From positions 70,065,638 through 70,129,637 of the forward strand of contig NC_068983.1 of the NCBI RefSeq assembly GCF_001194135.2: a stretch of 64,000 bases of DNA. The letters are read 5' to 3'. The notes under the pieces are model-generated. The model was given only the letters and a program-made list of their open reading frames with translations. It searched no databases and was not told the origin of the DNA. Source of the stretch: Octopus bimaculoides (Eukaryota). Position 1 is the stretch's first letter; the number at the start of each line of letters is the position of its first letter. The position numbers and the translations under genes were made by a program. Of the stretch, positions 13,302-24,073 are shown piece by piece.

Positions 13302-13345
<44 letters not shown>

Positions 13346-13358
13346 AGANNNNNNNNNN

Positions 13359-13398
<40 letters not shown>

Positions 13399-13410
13399 AA
13401 AGGGAGAGAG
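13283..13410. repeat. (GA)n microsatellite with N gap
   Basis: Direct reading. Confidence 0.95.
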
Positions 13411-14160
13411 AATAGAGAAAATGAGAAAGGTCACATGTTCTTTAACAGGCAAACTGTTTAAAGATCCTTATGGAATTTGAGGAAAGTCTTGTATGATTAG
13501 ATTAAATATTGTTTCTATTGTATTATAAATATTTAAGAATCCATGTAAATTCAATGTCAACTAAAACAGAACTGGTTGGTATTATGTGCAAGGAAATAAC
13601 TAAATCTCTTCTTTATTTTTGTGATTGCTTTTCCACTATTTTCCACATGCTCTTTTGGATTTGGATTTAGTAAATCTTCTTGCTAAACAAATCTTAGCTA
13701 AATTTTACATCACTTTGCTCCAATTCCTAAATCCTACCAAACCATCATAGTTTTCACAAGCTGCTAGTATTAACTCTTTCATATGATGGAACTTTTATGA
13801 TATTTGGTTTGAATAGCACACTACCTTCCATCCACTAAATAACTCATGAAAATTGACAAAGGACATGGCACTTGTTCAAAGAAAGTATATGGTATATATT
13901 TCAAGAAGAATGAAAATGTTCACAGCTATGTCCTTCTTTGTTCTGAGTTCAAATGCTACTAGGGTTGATTCTTGTCTTTCATGCCTGTTTTACTCAATAA
14001 AATATTTACTAGTATCTTAGAATACAATTCAGTTAACTATATAGCTTTCTTTGCAATTTCCTTGTTATGTTCCAAAGATATAAATCAATATTTTAAAGTC
14101 AGTATTGAAAATTTTCAGTTGTTCTTTATTACATACACAGATGTACATATGTATAATGTA

Positions 14161-14161
14161 A

Positions 14162-14229
<68 letters not shown>

Positions 14230-14323
14230 ATGTATGTATGTATTTATGTATGCATGTATGTATGTATGTATGCATGTATGTATGTATGAATGTATGCATG
14301 TGTGTGTGTGTATATATATATAT
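14161..14323. repeat. Compound (TG)n/(TATG)n microsatellite
   Basis: Direct reading. Source of several VCVC/HTHT ORFs. Confidence 0.95.
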
Positions 14324-14859
14324 GTAGATCAAAACAGTTTGGTTCAAATTCATTGGTACTCTCGAGTTTCAAGTGCAATGCTAGTCATCAGCCATTTTGA
14401 ATTTGAATTCAAATTCAAAAGACTGAAGATTAGCATTACACTTGAAACTCAAGTGTACCAATGAATTTGGATCAAACTGTTTTGATCCATACATGTAAAA
14501 CCCAATAAATTTGTTGAGTGCCCTTCTTTCATTTATCCACTTACTCATGTATATATATATGTAGGTATGTTGGTGCAAACAGGAAAGATAGAACTCAAAA
14601 AAATATGAGTATATGTATGATTTTTTATTAATATTTAGCAGAAGCAACAAAGTGATTCAAGGTCTGATGAAATTCTTGGAGCGTGAATCACTTTAGGAGT
14701 TATTTGCGTTATATAAAACAGTTTGACTTGGCCCCATGTGACTTAAAGTTTCACAGACCTCTAACAGAGGCTATCTCTCTTAGGCTTTCTCAGCCTGAAA
14801 GTGACAGGCTTTGCTAGAGGTCTCTGAAATTTTAAGTTGCATAGAACTGCTAAATCAGG

Positions 14860-14911
14860 CTGTTTTAAATAATATATGTAAATATATATCTATATATAGG
14901 TATGTATGCAC

Positions 14912-14957
<46 letters not shown>

Positions 14958-15182
14958 AAATATGTGTGTGTGTGTGTATGTGTGTATATATGTGTGTGTA
15001 TATATATGTATATATATATATATACATATGTGCATATACATAAAAATATACATATATGTATATATGTATGTGTGTATATATGTACATAGATATATATGTA
15101 TGTGTATATAAACATATATTTATATATATATACATATATATACGTGTGTTTATATATATATATATCTATATATGTATATATT

Positions 15183-15213
<31 letters not shown>

Positions 15214-15226
15214 GTATATATTATAT

Positions 15227-15289
<63 letters not shown>

Positions 15290-15297
15290 GACATATA

Positions 15298-15361
<64 letters not shown>
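14860..15361. repeat. ~500-bp compound (TA)n/(TG)n/(CA)n microsatellite field
   Basis: Direct reading. Source of the YIYI ORFs at 14811-15485. Confidence 0.95.
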
Positions 15362-15364
<3 letters not shown>

Positions 15365-15800
15365 GTAGTTGAAATTTACAGAAAAACAAAAGATGAAGAC
15401 AGGTGTATAAACAACAAGCAGGTGTATTAATTTGATGCTTGAGAAGGTGAGAAAGTCTTTTATGTTTTGAGCCCACGCTCTTCAACAGAAAGGAACATGA
15501 GGAAATAAACAGAGAGAGAATAAAAAGAGAGCATAAAAAAAGAGAGAGAATAGAAAAAACTTGTGGATTTAGTAGTCAATCATTGCAATTTTAAAGGGTA
15601 TCCAATTTTAAAGGCGTTTAATCCTTGCCCACATGAAAGGAAGTACATCCTATCATACCTGTGATTGCAACCACTGGTCCTCGGCCTTGACCTTCCACTA
15701 ATGCCCTCAGGACCAGAAAAGGATTTGACCAAAGTGAACCAATGCACCCATGTGCACACACACACATACACACACATCCCTATTAGGCAAACACTCCACA
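15362..15800 (-). mobile_element. Probable Penelope-like element 3' end / pseudo-LTR remnant containing a hammerhead-like motif
   Basis: Minus strand ctttctgttgaagagcgtgggctcaaaacataaaagac fits minimal hammerhead topology. Upstream SCGQGLNAF weakly resembles the P.GLN end of GIY-YIG ORFs. Adjacent to clear Penelope RT sequence. Confidence 0.5.
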
Positions 15801-16039
15801 AAACAGACTCTCTCCCACCATCGCCAACACATACCCCTTCACACAAATTGTACCTGCACACATATATAGACCTCCCCCCACACACACATTACACACTGCA
15901 TGCTAACATGAAACCCCCCTTACAACTTTATCCTTTACTAAACAAACACAGCTATATATACCTACACCCCTGGAAATATTATGCATATAACAGCACTACA
16001 CATATCGCACACCCCATCCCCCCATAGGAGCACCACAAT

Positions 16040-16390
16040 AATACACACTTTCCTCACTTCAAGATAACTCTTACCCTTCCATTTCATTTTTTAAATAAGC
16101 TCCTCCATTTTTTCGATAAGACTTTTGAGGTATTGCTTCTGTGCCTGGATGGGTATACTATTTAGAGAAAAATCCAATGGGTAAAGTTCCTTTTCTTTCA
16201 GCTGTTTCTTCTTCCTACTTATGGAGAGTTGCTCAAACTTTCTTAAAAAGGAGCGGGTTATACCAGAGTAAGCACATAAATGCAAAACAAGGTGGGAAAA
16301 ATAGTACTCGAATACCAGAGGTAGAGTAATATGCTTTATTAAAAAGATGTTTATAAACGTCTACTTTCGAACATCATTACAGACACGTAC
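16040..16390 (-). mobile_element. Penelope-like element 5' region (leader plus ORF N-terminus), inverted relative to the RT fragment
   Basis: Minus frame DFSLNSIPIQAQKQYLKSLIEKMEELI*KMKWKG matches the PLE N-terminal pattern S.KNIP.P....Y...LIEK.E..IKRMRWKA. Confidence 0.7.
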
Positions 16391-17035
16391 AAAAATAAAT
16401 AAATAAATAACACAAATTTATATAAAGAGTGAATTTGGAGGTAAGAAGAATTGCTAACAACCTTAAAGTTAGTGATAGGATAGACTACCTCCCCACATGC
16501 CAACCCTTTATTACCCTAAAAGACCACATAGCTAATTTCAATAGAAACCCTAAATGTAGACTAATTAGCCCGGCTAAAACTGAAATAAGCATTATTAGCA
16601 AATATATCTTAGATTGTAGTTTAAGCAATTAAATAGTGAATTAAATTTATAGATTTGGAAAAATAGCAAGTCGGTGATAGATTGGTTCAAAGGGATTAGC
16701 CATAAACATAACTGCAAATTTACACAGTTTGACATTGTCGATTTTTACCTGTCAGTATCTAGGCCTTTGCTTCTAAAAGCATTAGACTTTGCCAAGTAGT
16801 ATGTCACCATTGATAGCTCGGAAATAGATAATAGCCTGCATGCAAGGAAATCCCTTCTTTTTTACGAGGATTCCACCTGTGTCAAAAAGAGTGAGGATTC
16901 TCTTTTCGATGTACTGATGGGGGCATATGATGGGGGAAAGTTATGTATGCTTATATGAACTTATATTTTGCATAATCTGCATCTAGAATACCCTTTTATA
17001 GATGCAGGATTATACTGAGATGACGGTCTTATAGT
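16391..17035 (+). mobile_element. Penelope-like reverse transcriptase fragment (defective)
   Basis: NLEVRRIANNLKVSDRIDY..FITLKDH..NF..NPKCRLISPAKTEI, QFDIVDFY, DVLMGAYDG and GLY*DDG (cf. GLYRDDG) are diagnostic PLE RT motifs. Stops and frameshifts present. Confidence 0.9.
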
Positions 17036-18039
17036 CACATATGCATATGAGTTTAAGTGTGAGGCTGTATAATAGTGTATATACACATGTATACATATGT
17101 ATGTGCATAAGGACTTATATCAATATACACTTCTTTCAGCTCCCACTGTGACATTAGCTAGTGCAATAAATAACTACATCTATTTTTAGTTATTTGACCA
17201 TTAATTCTTCTTATTCTTCTTATTCTTCCCTTCCTTTTTGGGGTTTACTACTCACTTTAGTAACCTCACCATACCATTTTCTGTACCCATCCCTCCACAG
17301 ACACACAAATACATGCATTTATGGGCTTCTTTCAGTTTCCATCTACCAAATTCTCTCCACAAGGCTTTGGTTGGCTTGAGGCTATAGTAAGATACGCTTG
17401 CCCCAAGTGCCATGCAGTGGGACTGAACCCAGAACCATGTGTTTGGAAAGCAAGCTTCTTACCACATAGCCACTCCTGCACTTATGTACACGCATGCACA
17501 CACACACACACACATGTATGTATATGTATATGATACTGTTGTGTCGAATGAAAGTATGAGCACTCATAATAGTGTGGAAGATAATATATCGACACAACAC
17601 ACATTGTGAAATACACAAGTTCTCCCCAGATTTTCATGTTAAACACCACCATGTGAGATTCAAATTTAGAAAATTGGCTAATACAATCTTCAGGCACTTA
17701 TGCATTGTTTAATTAAAAAGTCTGTGGTGGAAAGGTTTGTGTCTCTTATAACATACATGCTATAATTGGAACTTGAGTACTCTTCTTCACCACTTGTTGA
17801 ATAAATAACAACATGAAGGTTATACACATGAAGGTTATGAAGGTTAGAAACATTGACCTTACAAGTTTGAAATTGAAATTGCTGTAAGCCTGCATTAGAC
17901 AGAAGATGCTGAGTAATACATGTATAGTCCACAATAATATATATTGTTACTATTTTCATCATCAACATTGTTAATATGCCTGTTTTCTCCCTACTGAGAT
18001 CAGTTGGTTGAGACTAACTGGGGCAATATTCTATGATCA

Positions 18040-18540
18040 GACAGACACCCTTCCTGTTTAGTCAGACATTTCAAGGGTAGCATAGAGGAAAATGTTTGTT
18101 TTCAAATTTGGGTTCAGGCAACAAATCTCGTTGCTATTGTAAGTTATAGCATGGAGAAGGAAGATTGGAATATGAGTTTATTAATAAGCATTTGTCTCAG
18201 AGTTGTTAACAGATCAGAGATGAACCTAAGCAATGGGAGCTGTCATTGGTAGAATGAAAGGGTGTATAGGGGAAAAGTGAAAGCGAAAGGGACTCTCTGT
18301 GGAAAATAAGCTGGTTAAGAATGATATTGAGAATGTGCTAAACAAAGCAAGTGGATCTAAGGATGGAGAATAGGAGTTGAAATATGTTTGAATTCACCCT
18401 GATATAGTTATAACAGCTGAGTGAATAGTGCAATAGTCAGAAGAGTGGAGGATTGGATATTAGGAAGATGAGTTGTTTGGTAAGAGATATATCAGGGACA
18501 TAGCCATAAATGATATGCTTTTAGGGCCTCATTTGTCTTG
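18040..18540 (-). mobile_element. Very old CR1/L2-like LINE RT remnant
   Basis: Minus strand gives faint LDPLALFSTF..SPIHPF..NP..KT echoes of VLGPLLF..ADD..FNP.KT. Similar decayed purine-rich tracts near 34840-35420, 39740-40020 and 44230-44720. Confidence 0.3.
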
Positions 18541-19731
18541 AGACGGATGGAATTTTTTTAATCACAGCAAATTGCCAATCATCTCAGTCTTTTTTATGTC
18601 CTCCACGATATTCATATCTGTGTGTGTGTTTGTGTGTGTGTGCATATATGATTACATGCATACATACACACATACATACATACACACATTCATACATGTA
18701 CCTGTACAGTGGACTTCCACACAGTTTCTGTCTTCTAAATTCACTCAAAAGGCATTTATCATCCTGAGACTACAATAGAAGACATGTTTCTCTAGGTGCT
18801 GCACTGTAGGACTGAAACCAAAACCAGGTGGTTGCAAAGTGAGCTTTTTACCTACACAGCCATTGCTTAATTTCTAACGACTGATTAGGACTGATTCTAA
18901 CGACTGATTTAGGTAAAGATATTGCAACACAGTTTTACTTTTGTAAAATGAGTTGAAAATATCTGTTATTAAAATAACTTTTTCATTCCAACACATGGAC
19001 CACTTAAATTAATGAAAGGAAATATTCTTTCAATTAAAATAAATAAATGAATAAATAAACAGGAAGTGTAAAAGAGCAAATTCCTTGCTTAATTTGTATT
19101 TGCTTAAATGATATTTCTTATTTTGATTATCAAATAGCTGACACAAATTATCCAACATCTTCTATATAAAAGCTTAATTATTTTCATTTGTAATTTTGTC
19201 AAGCAATTAAAAATTATGTGTCAATTAAAGTTAGTGAGATTTTGTGTTTAATTAAGTCTTCGATTAATGGGGATTTTCTGATTCTATGCCTTTTTCCTCT
19301 TCTTAATTCTTTGGATTACTTCCTATAGATTGAACTTCTCACAGGACTTTCACTATTCACGAATCTTGCAGATGTTCACAAGTCAATTTTCATTATCAAG
19401 CATTAGACTGACATGCATTAAACATGGCAATTTGATGGAATTGAACAATAATTCGACAACTACTACATCTTTAAAGATTTGTTATAAATTTAGAAAGCTA
19501 TTAGAATAGACAGTTTGCTAAATATATAATTTTTAAATGACATTTGTATGTATGGATTGCAACAAAGTATCTTTTATAGGTTACATTAATTGCATAGAAG
19601 CAATGATTTCCTGGCATTAGCTAAGAGAATATTGTCTCCATGTGCCAACTGATTTACATCATGAATTGAAAACTGAAATTTTGCACTGCTAGCCACCATC
19701 ATTGCAATAGCGAATGATACTTTTCCTTTGT

Positions 19732-19766
<35 letters not shown>

Positions 19767-19889
19767 AGAGTAAGTTTCAAAACTGCTACAAAAAAAAAAA
19801 TTAAATAATCTGATAACTTGATTTTATTGAGGAACAACAATTTTTGATACATTTTTATTTTTAAAAAATGGATAAATAAAAGATTTCAT

Positions 19890-20095
19890 ATTGGTTTCAA
19901 ATTTTAGCACAAGGCCAGAAATTTAGGGATGGGGTAAGTTGTACATTGACCCCAGTGACCAACTGGCTCTTATTTTATCAACCCTGAAAGGCAAAGCTGA
20001 CCTTGGCAGAATTTGAACACAGAACATGAAGGCAGATGAAATGCTGCAAAGCATTTTGCCCACTTTGCTAATGATTCTGCCAGCTCACTGCCTTA
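19890..20095 (-). mobile_element. tRNA-headed SINE, family B
   Basis: Reverse complement of aggcagtgagctggcagaatcattagc...gttcaaattctgccaaggtcagctttgcctttca, the family seen best at 38147-38374. Confidence 0.8.
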
Positions 20096-22489
20096 TATAC
20101 AAAATTTCATATTAACATATACTGAATGTCTTTTCAAAATCACAAATTTGACCGAATTATTAAACCACAACTTTATTTCCTTTCTGGATGTCCAGTTTTC
20201 AATGATTACTTAAATAATGTAATTGTCTAATATAATATAATTATTCAGTATAATTATTGGCATTATCTTCATCATCCTTATCATAGCTATTTATCAAGAT
20301 TATTGTCTGAAAGGATCTTCTGTATCAATTATTAATCACTGATATCTATCAATGCTAGCATAGGTTGGATATGTTTGTTACACATTTTTTAAAACATTTT
20401 TCTTTTTCGCTTTCCCTACATCATTCCATATGTCATTCTTGATACTTAATCAAAAACAGCTGTTAAAATAGCAGCCAAATTTCTTTCAAATCAGACCTAA
20501 CTGTCTTAAAACACATTGTATACTGGAACACATTAGTGAATGTGTTCTTCTTTTCCAAAGATTATATGATGCTATTTATTGCAAATGATATGACCATATA
20601 GAGACCCCATCAGTGAATCATGAAATGGTGTTGGGTATTTTATGTTATGGCTTAGTTAGAAGAGAATGGAAAACACCCATGATTTATTTTGTTTTTATGG
20701 AGCAAAAGGAAGAGAGGAACAGGACTTGTAAGATGCTGCTACAGTACACAGCAGAGGCAGTTTCCCTTAGAATGGAGCCCTGGTCTAAATACTTTTAGAA
20801 TACCTTCCTCTGCTTCTAATTTATGTCAGCTAGGTAACAAAAGCTATTGACTACTCAAAAAGAGCTTTCCAAGCATTTAAGAGAATCTATTTTCCATAAG
20901 CTTTTAATACATATCATCCTTGTGCAGTTACTGCATATCAAGTCTGTTAGCCTCCTGTGCTCCCACAGCCTCTCGTTCCCACAGCCCCTCTTGTGCATCA
21001 ATAATTTACACTGGGTTCACTACATATAATTCCTACTTACTCCTTTTTTTTGCATACTGAGCATGATCATTTCTTTGATGGTACCAGAATCCTGTTTGCT
21101 CTCCTACTTGTTAAAGCTTTAGTCTTTCTTAAGTTTACCTTAAGGCCTCTTGATAGTAGGTTTTGCTTCTAGTCTAAACATATCAAATCATACATTATGT
21201 CTAATTAAAGGACATAGTAGTCACATCTGGAATGCTTTTCCAACACACAATCAGTACTGAATAAGGGCTAGAGAAATTTGACTAACTTGGTTGTTGGAGT
21301 AAAGATTATTTGTCAACATAACATGGCATTCCTGGTTAAGGACGAATGTTGCTGTAATTTAGCCCCAGGCGACATCGTCTCCAGCTGGCTATACGACACT
21401 ATCTGTGTCTTTATATTTTCGAACAGGGAAATGTAGCACCCCAAATCAGCTCAAAACAATATCTGTGTATCACAATTTTCCTTCATCAGCAGAGAATAAT
21501 TGTTCAGCTAGAGGTGGCACTACCAAATTCCTGTTCGAAATATATAGTTTTCAAAGTGACAACTAGTCACTGATCTATAAATTAGAAAATTTATAGGGGC
21601 TAAATTACAGCAACATTTGTCCTAAACCAGGATTGCCATGTTATGTTGGTAAATAATCTTTATTCCAAAGTACTGTTACTGAATATGTCTCATTGTGAAA
21701 TTTAGAAATAATAATTTTTTTAACTTGGTCGTTGTTCATTAGACACACATATTGATATAACTTGCTGAAAGATTAGAATCAAAGCTGGAGCATAAACTAT
21801 ATCCCAAACTGTAATATATTTCAGACAAATGCCAAATAATATTTTTAACTTCCATTCTTCCTCCAAGGATTATATATCAAAAAATTTATTATTTGTGAAT
21901 TAGTTATGCAATAATGCATTTAAAATGTTATATATATTGTTGCTGAAGTTTAGCTCTATGCCATCCCTATATGGGTAGATTTATGAGTTTCAAATTCGTG
22001 ATTTTGAAAAGACATTCAGTACATGTTAATATGAAATTTTGTATATAAGGCAGTGAGCTGGCAGAACCATTAGCAAAGTGGGCAAAATGCTTTGCAGCAT
22101 TTCATCTGCCCTCATGTTCTGTGTTCAAATCCTGCCAAGTGTACACGAAATGACCTTTCTGTCTTTTTCCGAGGAGCAGTTCATCCAGGAACCTTCTTTG
22201 GCTGGTATAATTATGGTGGAGGTAAAATAAACTACAGCAACTTCATTGATCTTTTAATTTGATCGATTGAGATGACATCGCATAATGTCCTTTTTGTTTC
22301 CAAGTATTATAAAAAAGATAACCCAATAAAACTCTGTTTCCCAACCCATTTGTCACTTATTCTTTTTACTTTTACTCTTTTTTTTATGGTTTCAGTCATT
22401 GGACTGCGGCCATGCTGGAGCACCACCTCAAATTATTGTCTATTGTTTTTTTGCCTTATGGCGGGAGGTTAGTCTGTGATTGAGTTTGT

Positions 22490-22800
22490 AACAGCTGATC
22501 TACCTTCAGTGTGTCCTTTTAAATGTTTCAGTAGAGATTCCTTTTGTACTTCTGATTTCTTTAGATAAGCAGTTGAACAGTTGAGGACCTCTAAATATCA
22601 AGACTGGTACAATAATGTGCTTTTGTTCATGATTTCAAAGGTGGTGTATTTGTAAGCTGACAGCATCTGTCAGTTCGTGCATTAAAAATTTCTCTAATAC
22701 TGAAGTTTGGAACATGCCCCTCCAGGATTTTCCATATGTATATCTCTCTCTTTGGTATTCAAGAGAGCAGAGACAAAGGGCTTTTAGGCATTGTATTTGA
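22490..22800 (-). mobile_element. CR1/L2-type LINE ORF2 3' end fragment
   Basis: Minus frames SLEYQRERY and WKILEGHVPNF...NARTDR and FRGPQLFNCL match the YSLERRRER..IY.WKIL.G...RGP.LFN.LP C-terminus of CR1/L2-group ORF2. Confidence 0.75.
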
Positions 22801-22867
22801 AAGAAAGAAAACTTGCAGGGGAACAAATAGATAATGAGTCAACAATGGAGCCTCTGTGAAGTTGCAT

Positions 22868-23035
22868 TAATTGCTAGATATAGCAACTAAATCTCTTCAA
22901 ATCAAACCCTATCATCTTAGACAAGGAAGTACATATTGGATAAAGTAGTCCTAAGGTAAGATGATCACGATTGGAATTTTTTTGTGAGCATAGGTATGCT
23001 TAATCAAAGCTGACCTGGGATTGAACAATAAAAGC
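22868..23035 (+). mobile_element. Abundant SINE-like 3' segment (family F)
   Basis: tagcaactaaatctcttcaaatcaaaccct...catattggat..gtagtcc...ataggtatgcttaatcaaagctgacctggg..aacaa. Recurs near 20465, 40370(-), 49790(-), 51540, 59548 and 59900. Confidence 0.6.
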
Positions 23036-23939
23036 AATCAATCACAGCCAATATTGCTTAGTTTGTAGCACAGGTGAGATCCAGTCTTTGGTAACATTGT
23101 GTTAATAAAAAAATGCCAATATAGGAAAAAATAAAAAAATAAATGATTAATGTTGTCAGGCAGATATACTGTAACATCTATAGATAGTCACTGAAGACAT
23201 TGTCTTTTTTGTGACAATAAAATCTTTGCAGCAGTTAGTATTTAAATCTGATTCCTATAAACACTAATTAATATCAAAACCCTCTCTAATCTACACATAC
23301 ATACTCACAAAAACACTTACAAGCACACACATGTATGCATGCATGTGTGGTGCACATATGTAGTTTATGTTATAGTATCTATGTTCAATATCAGTAGCTT
23401 CAAAAAAATGTTTAACCTGTAAAATGCAGCAGGGAAAATCCCTCAACATCTTATGGATTGTAAATCGTCAATCGTTCTCCATTTTCCTATATCTCTGTAA
23501 CCATCTCTGCACTGGTTTCCATCTTATTGCTAAAAAACAAGAAAGAGTGAGAGAGGGGTGCAGAGAGAGAGAGAGAGCGAGAGCGAGCGAAAGAAACTAT
23601 TATTTAATATATTCTTTGGTTATTTCTACTTATTAATAACTATAGTTACTCAATACTCAATTACTCTGCAACAGTAACAAAAGAGTTCCAAATTGAGTTT
23701 GGCATGAAGGAAATATTTCTTCTTATAACTACCAGACTTTCAAAATGGTAAATTGGCATCATTATGTCAAATCTAGTAACTCTTGTTGCAATAGCAGCAA
23801 AATTTGAACTCACAAAGTTTAATTAAGTAACTATACATCAACTCAATTGATAGAATTGCAATCTGTTGTCAGATTTTCAAAGATTTCTCTTGTGACTGAT
23901 TGCTATCAAGTTGTAATGCTCAGTGAAATTGATACTCAC

Positions 23940-24073
23940 TGCCAGAATTGCTTCCTCCACCACCATTCTGACCAATCCAGTTCTTTTATTAATATACAAA
24001 GAAAAAGGAAAGGCTAAGTCAGCTCCTATAGGACAAATATATGTCTCTTCATAGTGGCTTAGATTGATTGATT
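23940..24073 (-). CDS. Candidate internal exon of an unidentified host gene (SINLSHYEETYICPIGADLAFPFSLYINKRTGLVRMVVEEAILA)
   Basis: Acceptor ttttacag|AA and donor GCA|GTGAGT; 134 nt, phase 1 to 0; only one open frame, inside non-repetitive ORF 23877-24158. No family recognised. Confidence 0.4.
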
